In this document: piece after piece, positions 16,096 to 25,925 of the stretch
How the letters are laid out: the number at the start of each line of letters is the position of its first letter
Numbering within the stretch: the stretch's first letter is position 1
Virus record (IMG/VR): IMGVR_UViG_3300025151_000038
Span: 1 to 60,762 of that record
Reading direction: 5' to 3' (one strand)
Origin: a virus
Length of the DNA: 60,762 nucleotides
Notes under the pieces: generated by a model
Database searches by the model: none
What the model was told of the DNA's origin: nothing
What the model saw: only the letters and a program-made list of their open reading frames with translations
Position numbers and translations under genes: made by a program

Positions 16096-16506
16096 ATGCC
16101 AAAAGTAGGAGACAAAGAATTTCCATACACCGAAGAGGGAATGGCCGCTGCTGAAGCAGAAGCCGCCGCGATGGAGCAACCCGCAATGGATGAAGAAGCC
16201 GCCCTTGAGGAGCTTCTCGCCCAGATACCTATGGAGGGTGAAGAACCCCCCGCTGAAGAAGCCGGCGAAGAGATGCCTGATGAGTCCCCCATTGTTATGC
16301 CAGAGGCAGGAACCATGGCAGAGTTATTCGAGGTTATCTTCGGGGACTCTTTCGATGCTGAAGACCCCAGTGATGCAGAGCGTATGTCCCAGGTAGAGTC
16401 TATGCTTGCATCAGACCCTGTCCTCGCAGAAGCTGTAGCAGCCGGTGAGGTTAGTCTAACTGAGGTAGCCCTTCAGTTTTACCGCGCCCTTAACGCTTTA
16501 GCATAA
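16096..16506 (+). CDS. very acidic hypothetical virion-module protein, 136 aa
   Basis: ORF rich in E, A, M and P. Confidence 0.6.
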   Translation: MPKVGDKEFPYTEEGMAAAEAEAAAMEQPAMDEEAALEELLAQIPMEGEEPPAEEAGEEMPDESPIVMPEAGTMAELFEVIFGDSFDAEDPSDAERMSQVESMLASDPVLAEAVAAGEVSLTEVALQFYRALNALA

Positions 16507-16868
16507 TGAAGGGATACGGAAAAATGGTTCCTGTAGATTCCGCCCAGTCAAAGGGGGAGTCTAACCATGACAACCATGACAGTGAGGGTAAGGAAGATGC
16601 CAGCATGGCAGCTACTGATCTCCGCGCTGTCCATGACAAGTCCTGCGAGTTGGTCGAAATGATTGGCTCAGGGCAGTTCGATGATAAACTTTCTAAAGGT
16701 TGGGTTCAGTCAAAGCTGACCCTGGCCAATGACTACTTAACCGCCATTCATGACTATATTGTCCATAATAAAGAAGCCGCCGATTCTGAGCATGGGGATG
16801 TGAGAGGGGACGGCGGCGACATGGGTGGTGGTTTCCTTATTTCAATTGAAAAACGACTGAGTAAGTAA
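16506..16868 (+). CDS. hypothetical virion-module protein, 120 aa
   Basis: ATGA-type start/stop overlap with the previous ORF. Confidence 0.6.
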   Translation: MKGYGKMVPVDSAQSKGESNHDNHDSEGKEDASMAATDLRAVHDKSCELVEMIGSGQFDDKLSKGWVQSKLTLANDYLTAIHDYIVHNKEAADSEHGDVRGDGGDMGGGFLISIEKRLSK

Positions 16869-16869
16869 A

Positions 16870-17454
16870 ATGGCACTTAGCGCATCCCAGTTAAAGCAAG
16901 TTGTATCAGCCCGTGTAACTGGCGTGGGTGCTACTTCAACCCACGTTATTGGTGGGACAAACTCGATAACCGATGACGTTGATATTGCTTTTGAGATTAC
17001 CTTCAAGTGCAAACACGCAGATAATAATATTACTATGCGGTGGCGCAACGAGAGCGCGGGTAAGGACAACAAACCTACATTAGAGCATACTAATGGGGAT
17101 GATGGTTATGGGAGTGGCGACCAGTTCGACATAGACTGCAACCAACGCATAGGGAATGATGGAGCCGCTAATGCCCACAAAATACTTGACCCCGCGATGG
17201 CAGAGGTGGCCGCAATTGCTAAGATAGTAGCTGTTTATTATGAAGCCCCCGTTGCTAATAACGGGAAAATCAGCATAGTGAGTTCTAACAACGGCTTGGG
17301 TGATATTGACCTAAAGAGTGCTGGTGCTTCTGCTTTGCTTGTCCCGCGTATGTCAATCAGCACATTCACAACCGCCTTTACATTCGCGGCAGAGTCTGGC
17401 TCCCCCGTAGGAGACATTTTGAAAGTAATAGTTTTAGCAAGCTCAACCGCATAA
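16870..17454 (+). CDS. hypothetical virion-module protein, 194 aa
   Basis: ORF packed 1 nt after the previous stop. Confidence 0.6.
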   Translation: MALSASQLKQVVSARVTGVGATSTHVIGGTNSITDDVDIAFEITFKCKHADNNITMRWRNESAGKDNKPTLEHTNGDDGYGSGDQFDIDCNQRIGNDGAANAHKILDPAMAEVAAIAKIVAVYYEAPVANNGKISIVSSNNGLGDIDLKSAGASALLVPRMSISTFTTAFTFAAESGSPVGDILKVIVLASSTA

Positions 17455-17465
17455 CCCCAACACCC

Positions 17466-19004
17466 ATGCCAATATCCTCTAACAGAAGGCAACGGGTAAT
17501 TGAGTTTGCAACCCCGAAGGTTGCTGACCTTGTCGTTGTTGAGCGCGTAGATGCCAGTAAGAATGTAAACGCAGCCTCAACCGCTGATGATACTGCTTAT
17601 GGCACAGCGCACCCTGATACTACTCGATTCCCCAACTTCAAGTTAGCCCTTATCAAGAACGGCGATAACGACCAAGGGCAATACCAAGATTGGTATTATG
17701 TAAAAGACCGCGCCGACCAAGATGACTATAACTGGGAGTTCCAAGCGGCTGGCGCAGGTAGCCCACGCTTTGATACCGTTGTCAGGACGTATGTAACTCT
17801 GCGGTCTGCTTTTGATGAAAGCACACCGCCTATTGGTGATACCACATATGGTATGCCCTCTGGTGATGTAAATATTACCCCTTTCGATGCTGATGTGGCT
17901 GATTCAGGTGGGGTAACCTATGATAGGGACTACGTCCTTTTTGAAAAGAAGCAGACACGATCCGGCGACGAGACACTGGACTCCTTGTATGTGGTTGAAC
18001 AGCACGTTTACGTTAAGCGCGTTACTATTGTAAGTGTTGATTCGGATAAGCAGTTTCCATATAATGATTACAATGAATCTGGTAATCCTTACGGGGGTTT
18101 AATATCAAAAGAGACTCTTTACTATAAGAACGAGGTTGTGTATGCAACAGTCGATTTCTCTGATGCTGAGGAGGATACTGCTGGGATACAAACTACAGGT
18201 AACCGTATTTTAGCAGTATACGATTCAGATGCTGCCAAAAAGAAGGCTGAGTATGTGTTTACCAATAAGAATGCGGTTTATCAGATGCCGCACTCAACCC
18301 CCAACACATATAATTTTTGGGGTGTAGATAAGCATGGCATCATGCGCGAGGGCAAGCAGTTGTCCGAAAACTGGTATGCATTATCTGAAAGGCAATTAGT
18401 CTTAAAAGACAGCGATGGGCTGGTAGCTGAATATTTCACAAACCAGAACATGGGCTGGCCCGCTGTATTTAGTAACTTATTCTCCACTGTTTGGAGCCGT
18501 AGGGACGGGGGCAGTCATACAAATGTTTACCCCGTGTATAAGCGTGAGGCATACAATGGTCCTACAAAAACCAAGGTGCAGCTTTACTGGCAGAAAGCCC
18601 CTTTTTCAGAGCCAACTGCTGAAGATGGATCAAATACTGCTTTATGTCTCCTAAAGCCAATGGAGCCTATGGAGATGGAGTTCGTGACTCCAAACTGGCG
18701 GGTAAAAACAAAACCCTGTTTGCACAACAATGTAACTGTAACGTATACCAATGGCACCGAAGACCCTGTATGGAACTATGGTGGGTATAAAGCAACGTGG
18801 AAGCCTACTAACTACATAGATTGGTGCCACCCCGCTGGAGGGAGTGCCTCAGATACTATTGTAATCTCTGATTCTCAGGAAGCCTTTAGGGGAGGATACC
18901 TCCGTACGAAAGTCACGGCATATAAGCCGAACATAACCACTGCTGATGATGCCAACCGCCACTTTCCTGACAACGCGCCCGCTGGCCCTGTATTAGATGC
19001 CTAA
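17466..19004 (+). CDS. virion structural protein (tail/adaptor candidate), 512 aa
   Basis: Large ORF in the late block. Function is inferred from position only. Confidence 0.55.
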   Translation: MPISSNRRQRVIEFATPKVADLVVVERVDASKNVNAASTADDTAYGTAHPDTTRFPNFKLALIKNGDNDQGQYQDWYYVKDRADQDDYNWEFQAAGAGSPRFDTVVRTYVTLRSAFDESTPPIGDTTYGMPSGDVNITPFDADVADSGGVTYDRDYVLFEKKQTRSGDETLDSLYVVEQHVYVKRVTIVSVDSDKQFPYNDYNESGNPYGGLISKETLYYKNEVVYATVDFSDAEEDTAGIQTTGNRILAVYDSDAAKKKAEYVFTNKNAVYQMPHSTPNTYNFWGVDKHGIMREGKQLSENWYALSERQLVLKDSDGLVAEYFTNQNMGWPAVFSNLFSTVWSRRDGGSHTNVYPVYKREAYNGPTKTKVQLYWQKAPFSEPTAEDGSNTALCLLKPMEPMEMEFVTPNWRVKTKPCLHNNVTVTYTNGTEDPVWNYGGYKATWKPTNYIDWCHPAGGSASDTIVISDSQEAFRGGYLRTKVTAYKPNITTADDANRHFPDNAPAGPVLDA

Positions 19005-20359
19005 TGCCCGAAGAACCTAAAGATTTTCCTCAGAGCGGGGCAGATGGTTCCGGTCAAATTGGTAAGCAGGATTGGGAGTTACCCAATTCTGTATCCGCGC
19101 CCCCTGATGGTTTTTCCCCGAACGTGGAGACTGCCTCCTATGGGGGATACGATGAATCCATAACGGATTACCACCCACCCGTTGAGCAGGGCGATATACC
19201 ACATCCATTCAAGGTAACACGGTATACAAATGAAGATGGCGAGGTAAAAGTTCGTGTGCGTCTTGGCAGGTTTTATTATTCAAGCTCAGTGATGACTGTA
19301 GCAAAGCTCCCCCCACATGGACCACACCACGGTGCATTTACTGTGGGAGAAACTGAAATTCTGAAACCGGAAGGCGCGGGGGAAGACGTAGACGACCCCT
19401 TACCTCGCCATACACACACTACAGAGATGACCGCTGGGTCTAATCATTGGGCTGGGCAGGGTGACGATTCAGGTATGAATGGGCCGGATCAAGATAATCT
19501 CTCAGGCACTCAGGCTGGATATTGGCCTATAAATACAGGCACTTCAGACGCCCATGACCCATCAGCAGACCCCCCTGTAGATGGAGGCAAAGCGGCAACT
19601 CCCTATTTTACTTTCACGGGGATGGGTGTTTCGGGCTATTTTGAGCAGGATGTTAACCTTGGCAAAAGCATCCCTTGGTCTTTCAGGTTACCCTTGGGGG
19701 TCGAACCAACCACACTCACTGGTCAGGTTAATGAAGCGATTTCGGACTATATTGAGTTTGATTCTATACCGGAGGCTTCCTCTGTGTGGTTCCGTTATAT
19801 CCTTGAGGATAGGGATACTTCTATTGATTTAGCCAATCATGTAGGTCAAGATGTGATCTATGTTAAAGATGTTGTAGACTCTAACGGCAATCGCGCCCTC
19901 CCCTCTGAGCATGGGCCTATTCAGCCATTGATTTTAGCCCAACTACATAACGGCGACAACACCGTCCCTGATTTAGTACGCGCAAATCCTAGTGGCTGGG
20001 AGACGCTACCCCCTGGCTTGGAGGATCACGCCGCAACTTTTGGCCAAGTCACTGATGGCGTGGCGGGGCCACCCCCCAGCAATGGTACTGATCTTACTGC
20101 ACAAGGGGGGCGCGACCTGTCAGTCTCCACATATCTTAAACATGGGTGCTATTATATAAGATTAGCCTCACTTCCACCAGAAGGGGATGAAGAAACTTAT
20201 GGAGGGAAAGTCCAGCAGGTTATCCACGATAATATTTACCACTCCACGTTTTGGCTTGTAAATAGTGGAATACCTTCGTCATTGCATGATATTGATGGTC
20301 AAGGTTTCGGTGTGCCGAACCGCCCCGTTGATCCTGATTCTCCCAGGGCACCCTCATAA
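19004..20359 (+). CDS. virion structural protein (tail candidate), 451 aa
   Basis: Overlapping stop/start with the previous gene. Function is inferred from position only. Confidence 0.55.
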   Translation: MPEEPKDFPQSGADGSGQIGKQDWELPNSVSAPPDGFSPNVETASYGGYDESITDYHPPVEQGDIPHPFKVTRYTNEDGEVKVRVRLGRFYYSSSVMTVAKLPPHGPHHGAFTVGETEILKPEGAGEDVDDPLPRHTHTTEMTAGSNHWAGQGDDSGMNGPDQDNLSGTQAGYWPINTGTSDAHDPSADPPVDGGKAATPYFTFTGMGVSGYFEQDVNLGKSIPWSFRLPLGVEPTTLTGQVNEAISDYIEFDSIPEASSVWFRYILEDRDTSIDLANHVGQDVIYVKDVVDSNGNRALPSEHGPIQPLILAQLHNGDNTVPDLVRANPSGWETLPPGLEDHAATFGQVTDGVAGPPPSNGTDLTAQGGRDLSVSTYLKHGCYYIRLASLPPEGDEETYGGKVQQVIHDNIYHSTFWLVNSGIPSSLHDIDGQGFGVPNRPVDPDSPRAPS

Positions 20360-20404
20360 CCCACCCCTTGAAATAATCCCCATTTCCCCTATATTTAACG
20401 AGTC

Positions 20405-21133
20405 ATGCCAGCAGTTACCGCAGAGGACTTACAGTCCAAATACCAAAAGTATTTGGATGCATCGCTTCAGACAGGCGCAGTGGAGTTCCGCAAAGCCTTG
20501 AACGAGATTATGCCCCGTATTTACAATATGGGTTTCTGGCGGGATATGTTGACCACTCTTGCGGAGCAACCCGTCCACAAAGGGGTGTATATACTACCTG
20601 AAGATGTTGCCTCTACAGGAGTGGGTTATGATAGCATCCTCCACGCCATCCTAGATGATAGTCCAACGGCTTTGTTCTCCATTTGGCATGATTACCGTAT
20701 ATTTGGGGAGCCTAGCGCAACTGCTGCTTCTGATGTTACTTCACTATCAGTAGGTGTATATGATGACGGTTATACTTCATTTGATGACTACGCCAATGGT
20801 GGTAGTGGAGCCGCCATAGACCCCGCCCGAAGGAAGTATAGGATTTCCCCTGTAGATTCAGACACGAAAGCGACTTTCTTGATGAAAAGAAAGTATGTTG
20901 ATGTCAATGCGGATTCACATAGGGTGTTCGTGCCTAATGACCCATCAGTTCTTAAACACGCTTTCTTAGGAAAATTGTCTGAAGACAACGCCGATGTCCA
21001 GAGGGCTGAATACCACTGGCAGACTTGCCAAAAACTTTTAGACGCTGACCTTGATTCTTATAGGGGTGGCGCAAGACCAAGACCTTATATTGCCCCAAGT
21101 GGTCCTGGGGGTAGGGTAGTGGGCATGTATTAA
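20405..21133 (+). CDS. hypothetical virion-module protein, 242 aa
   Basis: ORF in the late block. Confidence 0.6.
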   Translation: MPAVTAEDLQSKYQKYLDASLQTGAVEFRKALNEIMPRIYNMGFWRDMLTTLAEQPVHKGVYILPEDVASTGVGYDSILHAILDDSPTALFSIWHDYRIFGEPSATAASDVTSLSVGVYDDGYTSFDDYANGGSGAAIDPARRKYRISPVDSDTKATFLMKRKYVDVNADSHRVFVPNDPSVLKHAFLGKLSEDNADVQRAEYHWQTCQKLLDADLDSYRGGARPRPYIAPSGPGGRVVGMY

Positions 21134-21156
21134 TTTCAAACAAACAATAATTAGCT

Positions 21157-21483
21157 ATGGCTACATCAAATATAGACAAACAATCCTTCGGTCAGGCCGG
21201 AGCGGTATATGAATCAGGCACTGACAATAGAACAGGTGAATTTTGCGCTCTTACTATTATAGAAGACACCAAGTTTGAATATTTGGAGTGGGATGAGTTA
21301 GATGATGAAGGTCAAGATGTGGGTGCATTAAGAGTCGCAGGTGATTCACACAATGCTGCCAGAAGACTTGCGCACACCACATCAGGAACCGCTGATACAA
21401 TACCTGCTGGTATAACCATCTATGGGCAAATTTCTCGCTTCAAGTTACACAGCGGGGCTGTTCTTGCCTATCTATCTGCCTAA
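21157..21483 (+). CDS. hypothetical virion-module protein, 108 aa
   Basis: ORF in the late block. Confidence 0.55.
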   Translation: MATSNIDKQSFGQAGAVYESGTDNRTGEFCALTIIEDTKFEYLEWDELDDEGQDVGALRVAGDSHNAARRLAHTTSGTADTIPAGITIYGQISRFKLHSGAVLAYLSA

Positions 21484-21489
21484 AGAACC

Positions 21490-22389
21490 ATGGCTCCTGG
21501 ATTAGGATTAGGGAATAGCGTAACTGCTGACCCGGCAAGCACACTGTTTGCTAGCACACCGTTGCTATTGGATTCTTACCCGAATGCTCACAGGGCTTAT
21601 TCGGTTCGTAAGCTACGGACTGATTATACGGGGTATGCCATGAAGGTTAGGGAGAGTGGCAATGATTATACTGCTGATGTCAGTTTCGATGATGATGGGT
21701 TTGTGTCTGCATCGTCACCTGTAGCCAACTTGTCGGGGGGATCAGGAGCCACACTTGGTGCTTTTATAGGCGGCTCAAACGACGGTTTCGTAACCACCTG
21801 GTACGACCAATCAGGAGAGGGATCAAATGCAACACAAGGCACACCAGGAAACCAACCTAAAATTTATTCGGGCGGTTCTTTAATTACAGAAGGCTCAAAG
21901 GCAGCTTTGTTGTTCGATGGCGATTTATTAAAGGTTGACGAAGCGGGGTTGGCTTTGGGGTCTATAACTACCTTTGCCATTATAAGCCACACCAACACCG
22001 CAATGGGTGTCCCTTGGAATTTAAGTTATGCCTCTGGTAATTATTATTTACACTTTAAAACTAGCGTAGAGGATCAGTATTGGTATGATACGGGTGATTC
22101 AGCCTCCCACTCCTCAAGCACATCTCAAAAATTGTTTTCTTACACGGGTGGGAGCGGGACAGACAAGCAGATACTGTATGCAAACGGTGTAGCATCATCA
22201 GAAAAAGGAGATTCTACAGACACTTCTTCCTCCTTGACTGATAACGCCAATAATGGAATAGGCGGGGTTTGGGATATTTCACTATTTTATGCTGGTGAGT
22301 TCCAAGAGTTCATCGTATACGATTCCGATCAGTCGTCTAATGTATCTAACATTGAGTCAAACATTAACACTGCTTTTAGCATATACTAA
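21490..22389 (+). CDS. tail-fibre/receptor-binding candidate with a LamG (concanavalin-like) look, 299 aa
   Basis: ..FVTTWYDQSGEGSNATQGTPGNQPKI..G....ALLFDGD.. resembles the WYDQSG..Q....QP signature of LamG-type fibre proteins in marine podophages. This is from memory. Confidence 0.45.
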   Translation: MAPGLGLGNSVTADPASTLFASTPLLLDSYPNAHRAYSVRKLRTDYTGYAMKVRESGNDYTADVSFDDDGFVSASSPVANLSGGSGATLGAFIGGSNDGFVTTWYDQSGEGSNATQGTPGNQPKIYSGGSLITEGSKAALLFDGDLLKVDEAGLALGSITTFAIISHTNTAMGVPWNLSYASGNYYLHFKTSVEDQYWYDTGDSASHSSSTSQKLFSYTGGSGTDKQILYANGVASSEKGDSTDTSSSLTDNANNGIGGVWDISLFYAGEFQEFIVYDSDQSSNVSNIESNINTAFSIY

Positions 22390-22649
22390 TGTCTTATTTA
22401 ATATTTAAAAACCCCGAAGAAGCAACCGCACGTTCTGACCAAGCTGGGCAGGATAAATCTTTACCTTATCATCGAGGCGATAATGACCCAACTCGTTATA
22501 TGTGGCCAACTTTTTCAGAGCATGGCGACAATCCCCGTGGGTTCTTGGTGATCAATGAGGAGCAGGACTTACTAACCGACGACGAAAAGGATGCTTTAGT
22601 CGATGAGCTACCCGCCGATTGGAAACATCATCCAAATCCTTTTGAGTAA
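22389..22649 (+). CDS. hypothetical protein, 86 aa
   Basis: ATG overlaps the previous stop. Confidence 0.55.
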   Translation: MSYLIFKNPEEATARSDQAGQDKSLPYHRGDNDPTRYMWPTFSEHGDNPRGFLVINEEQDLLTDDEKDALVDELPADWKHHPNPFE

Positions 22650-22828
22650 TGAACACCGGAGAGATAATCACTAAAGGAACGACAGGCATCGCTGGCTCAG
22701 TCTTGGCGGTTCTCTCTCCCTATCAAGAACATATGGAGTGGGCAATACAGGTTTTAGGTGGGCTTTTAGGAATTGCAGTTGCAGTGGTTTCACTGTATCA
22801 TTTGCTAAGAAACAAGAATAAGAAATGA
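22649..22828 (+). CDS. holin-like membrane peptide, 59 aa (below the ORF-track cutoff)
   Basis: Hand translation: MNTGEIITKGTTGIAGSVLAVLSPYQEHMEWAIQVLGGLLGIAVAVVSLYHLLRNKNKK. It has two hydrophobic segments, a basic tail and a taATG overlap. Confidence 0.5.
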   Translation: MNTGEIITKGTTGIAGSVLAVLSPYQEHMEWAIQVLGGLLGIAVAVVSLYHLLRNKNKK

Positions 22829-22989
22829 GTAAAGAAGCTATTTTAGGAATCGTACGTCACGTTCTCACCTTTGGGGGCGGTTTTTTGACCCAATCTGGGC
22901 TTGCCTCTGGTGATCAGGTTACAACTGGTGTATCTGCAATTGTGACTCTCGTCGGGCTTGTGTGGTCAGTCTTGAACAAGAAGAAGTGA
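22825..22989 (+). CDS. holin-like membrane peptide, 54 aa (below the ORF-track cutoff)
   Basis: Hand translation: MSKEAILGIVRHVLTFGGGFLTQSGLASGDQVTTGVSAIVTLVGLVWSVLNKKK. ATGA overlap with the previous ORF. Confidence 0.5.
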   Translation: MSKEAILGIVRHVLTFGGGFLTQSGLASGDQVTTGVSAIVTLVGLVWSVLNKKK

Positions 22990-23171
22990 AGTTCTTCCGG
23001 CTGTTAACCGCCGCGCTGGAGGCTTACGTCGCGTATGCGAAGTGGCGGCAAAGAACCTACGTTTATGATCTGGAAGATACTATTGATAATCTGGCTTCCG
23101 ACGGTAGCCCTGCTTCAAAGTTGCGTATTGAGAGACTCGCCAAACGCCTTAAACGAGAGCGCACTTTATGA
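22986..23171 (+). CDS. hypothetical protein, 61 aa from the coupled GTG
   Basis: The ORF track gives 22962..23171. The GTG at 22986 overlaps the upstream TGA (GTGA), consistent with translational coupling. Confidence 0.4.
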   Translation: MKFFRLLTAALEAYVAYAKWRQRTYVYDLEDTIDNLASDGSPASKLRIERLAKRLKRERTL

Positions 23172-23297
23172 CCCCCCAACGGTGACCCTAATTGATGGGG
23201 TTACTTACCCTTTCGCGGAAGGAACCCTACAGGGACGAGGGCAAAAGTTTCATTCAGATTACTCGTATCGTAGAGCTATAATCATAGGAGGAGGTAA

Positions 23298-23411
23298 ATG
23301 ATCCTCCGAATCATCAACACAGTGATCATCATAGCGATCATCCTGTTGGCAATAGCATCTCTTTTCATAGTTCCGTTAACCTCAATAATATTTGGAATAG
23401 GACCAGGATGA
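23298..23411 (+). CDS. single-pass membrane peptide, 37 aa
   Basis: aggaggaggtaaATG Shine-Dalgarno site. Translation is MILRIINTVIIIAIILLAIASLFIVPLTSIIFGIGPG. ATGA overlap with the endolysin start. Confidence 0.5.
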   Translation: MILRIINTVIIIAIILLAIASLFIVPLTSIIFGIGPG

Positions 23412-23962
23412 TAGCCCTTTGCGTAGGACATAGCCGACAAGGAGACAGTGGAGCCGCTTCCGTTGATGGAACCACTGAGTGGGACTATAACAGCGACTTA
23501 GCTGAAAGGATTTCTTGCATGACTCAGCAAGAAATTCGGATATATAATGCCTACGGAGGAACGGGGTATACCAGTGCAATGAGATGGCTGGCTAAAAAAC
23601 TCAAAAAGGACGGTGCTGAGTTTGCTATAGAGCTTCACTTTAACGCCGCCGGAGCTTCTGCCACTGGACATGAGTGGCTTTATTGGAACACCAGTGAGAA
23701 AGGACGCCTTTTGGCTCGCTCTTTACGAGACTCCATGGAGGACGCATTCCCACAGTTCACCAGCAGGGGCATCAAAGCGCGTGGAAAAGGCTCCCGTGGA
23801 GCCAGCTTCCTACGCCTGACCCATTGTCCTGCTGTGATTGCAGAGCCATTCTTTGGCACTAACCAGGATGATTGGCAATTGGCAAAGGATCACAGGGATG
23901 GGTTGGCTACTGCCATTACAGGTGGTATAGTTCTTTATAACGAATTAGCCAGCAAATGGTGA
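23408..23962 (+). CDS. N-acetylmuramoyl-L-alanine amidase (Amidase_3-type endolysin), 184 aa
   Basis: The motifs CVGHS...DSGA, ..TEW.., ELHFNAA and PAVIAEPFFGTNQDD match the Amidase_3 zinc-ligand and fold signature. Confidence 0.8.
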   Translation: MIALCVGHSRQGDSGAASVDGTTEWDYNSDLAERISCMTQQEIRIYNAYGGTGYTSAMRWLAKKLKKDGAEFAIELHFNAAGASATGHEWLYWNTSEKGRLLARSLRDSMEDAFPQFTSRGIKARGKGSRGASFLRLTHCPAVIAEPFFGTNQDDWQLAKDHRDGLATAITGGIVLYNELASKW

Positions 23963-23968
23963 TAACCT

Positions 23969-24277
23969 ATGAAGTTCCCGAAGACAGTCACAATCGCTGG
24001 AAAGCGGATTAGGTTGATTGTCGAGGAATTTAAAGGAGCAGATAGTGGCACCTTTGGTGAATACTTCCACGATGATAAGTTGATCCAGTTGAATACTGGC
24101 TTAACTGACGAAGACGCTTTAGAAACACTCCGGCATGAGATGATGGAAGCCAGCCTGTTTATTTCTGGATTAGCTTGGGCAGAACGCTATGAACAGGAAT
24201 CAGTGGTTCGTTGCATGGAAGAGATATTCTTCCCAGCCTGGGAAACAATTTTAAAGAGAATCGAACGCAAAAAATAA
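23969..24277 (+). CDS. hypothetical protein, 102 aa
   Basis: ORF. LRHEMMEA resembles a degenerate HExxH, with the second His missing. Confidence 0.55.
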   Translation: MKFPKTVTIAGKRIRLIVEEFKGADSGTFGEYFHDDKLIQLNTGLTDEDALETLRHEMMEASLFISGLAWAERYEQESVVRCMEEIFFPAWETILKRIERKK

Positions 24278-24286
24278 CATTAAATT

Positions 24287-25120
24287 ATGGCTGCTAGACA
24301 ATTTTTTACACCGCGAAATAAAGAACTTGCCCAATCTGAGGTTGGGATTTTTATGACAAAAGAAGACCCATATGGTGTAGGAGCAATAAGTTCTGGTAAG
24401 GGGGATAAAGGAGGCAAATCGTATGGCACATTTCAAATGCCTAGTAACCCATTTGAACCAGGAGAAAAATCCAAAGCTCAACTATTTGTTGAAAAAGGAC
24501 TCCCATCTCAGTACCAGAAATACTTTAAAGATGGCAAAGGTCAATTCTATAAGGCAGGAACCCCTGGGTTCGATGCTGCTTGGAAATCTTTAGAAAGGTT
24601 TGATAACAAGGGGTTTGGAGAAGCCCAGCAAAGTTACATCTATGCAGGTGATAAGAAAAATATAGGGCTTAATAAATACTTCACAGGTTTCAAAAAAGAT
24701 ACCGGCCAAGATATAGCTAGTTTTAGCGATAAGTCCCGTAACATATTAGAGGGTGGTATAAACCATCTTGGTGGTCTCCACGCAGGACATGTCAGGCGAG
24801 CCGTTGCTGAACGGGATAAAGCACTCAAAAATAATCAGCCATTTACTGAAGATGATTTTATGCGGGCTGTGATAAAATCTAAATTGGCAAATGTTGAAAA
24901 GAACTTCGTAAGCTCCCCTAAAGTTTGGCCTGGACTACGCAACAGATTTAATAGAGAGTTAGCTCAATTTCCAATAACCAAGGAAGAACCAACAAATTTA
25001 ACTCGCGTTCGCAAAGTAACAAGAACAGCACCCGCACCAGACCCCGTAAAAGCTCCTGTCCGCAAAGCAAAGAAAAGAATATCTTTTATAAAGCGAGTTG
25101 CCGACAGGCTAGGGAGTTAA
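24287..25120 (+). CDS. hypothetical protein, possibly muralytic, 277 aa
   Basis: The GKGDKGGKSYGTFQM segment resembles the D-x-GG-x-SYG-x-Q motif of some lysozyme/chitosanase-like effectors. This is a weak recollection. Confidence 0.45.
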   Translation: MAARQFFTPRNKELAQSEVGIFMTKEDPYGVGAISSGKGDKGGKSYGTFQMPSNPFEPGEKSKAQLFVEKGLPSQYQKYFKDGKGQFYKAGTPGFDAAWKSLERFDNKGFGEAQQSYIYAGDKKNIGLNKYFTGFKKDTGQDIASFSDKSRNILEGGINHLGGLHAGHVRRAVAERDKALKNNQPFTEDDFMRAVIKSKLANVEKNFVSSPKVWPGLRNRFNRELAQFPITKEEPTNLTRVRKVTRTAPAPDPVKAPVRKAKKRISFIKRVADRLGS

Positions 25121-25126
25121 TGTTAT

Positions 25127-25666
25127 ATGAGCCGCCCACGCAGAGGAAGAAAGCGGTTCAAACATGTGGATGACCTTGTCGTTTTTACTCCTACGGGTGA
25201 TGACATAGCCCTAGCCCATGAACGCTCTTGTGCCATGGGCATCCTACCTGGATCCTATATGAGAGGTATGGGAAACCTGACAGGCTGTTTGGGCGAGATC
25301 GCCGTGAATGCCTACTTACCCCGTAGCCGGTATGTTGGTAACGAAATATTCACCCATGATCTTGTATATAAGAAACAGAAGGTCGAGGTGAAGTCCAAGA
25401 CTTGTAGTGGGCAACCTAAGCCAGAGTTCAGTGCTTTTGTTAACTGCAAAAAAGACATCACTCCTGAGAATGATGTCTTTTTCTTTACTCGCGTGAGGCG
25501 CGACCTTGCCAGGGTATATTTAGTTGGTTGGTTACCGGCTCCTACTTTTTTTGATGAGGCTACTTTTAGAAAGCGCGGGGACGCAGATGATACGGGTTTT
25601 GTTTTCAAATCTAATGGCTACCAAATAGCCATAGGAGAATTAAACCCACCAGATAGGTTCAAATAA
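25127..25666 (+). CDS. PD-(D/E)XK nuclease-fold candidate, 179 aa
   Basis: GEIAV ... THDL ... VEVKSK has spacing compatible with an E...D...ExK active site. Confidence 0.4.
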   Translation: MSRPRRGRKRFKHVDDLVVFTPTGDDIALAHERSCAMGILPGSYMRGMGNLTGCLGEIAVNAYLPRSRYVGNEIFTHDLVYKKQKVEVKSKTCSGQPKPEFSAFVNCKKDITPENDVFFFTRVRRDLARVYLVGWLPAPTFFDEATFRKRGDADDTGFVFKSNGYQIAIGELNPPDRFK

Positions 25667-25925
25667 TGGTGTGGATAAACACTGGACCATTATCACAGTC
25701 TTCGGCAAAGGTAATAGTATCCCCCCAAAATTGATCCTCTGCCGCTGAGTCAGATAACCCTTGGTTTGTGAGTGTGTTTAGGCAAAGCTCAATGCTATAA
25801 ATAGCTCTAGGTGGTTCCAAGGATACTCCTACAAAAGCCCTATCAAATCCTTCGACTAAAAGGACTTCTTCAGCTTCCTTGCCAAGTTTTTCCTCAAGGA
25901 ATTCAACTACTTCTTCAGATGTCAT
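25659..25925 (-). CDS. hypothetical protein, 88 aa
   Basis: ORF whose start overlaps the stop of the primase-helicase gene. Confidence 0.55.
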   Translation of the reverse strand: MTSEEVVEFLEEKLGKEAEEVLLVEGFDRAFVGVSLEPPRAIYSIELCLNTLTNQGLSDSAAEDQFWGDTITFAEDCDNGPVFIHTII

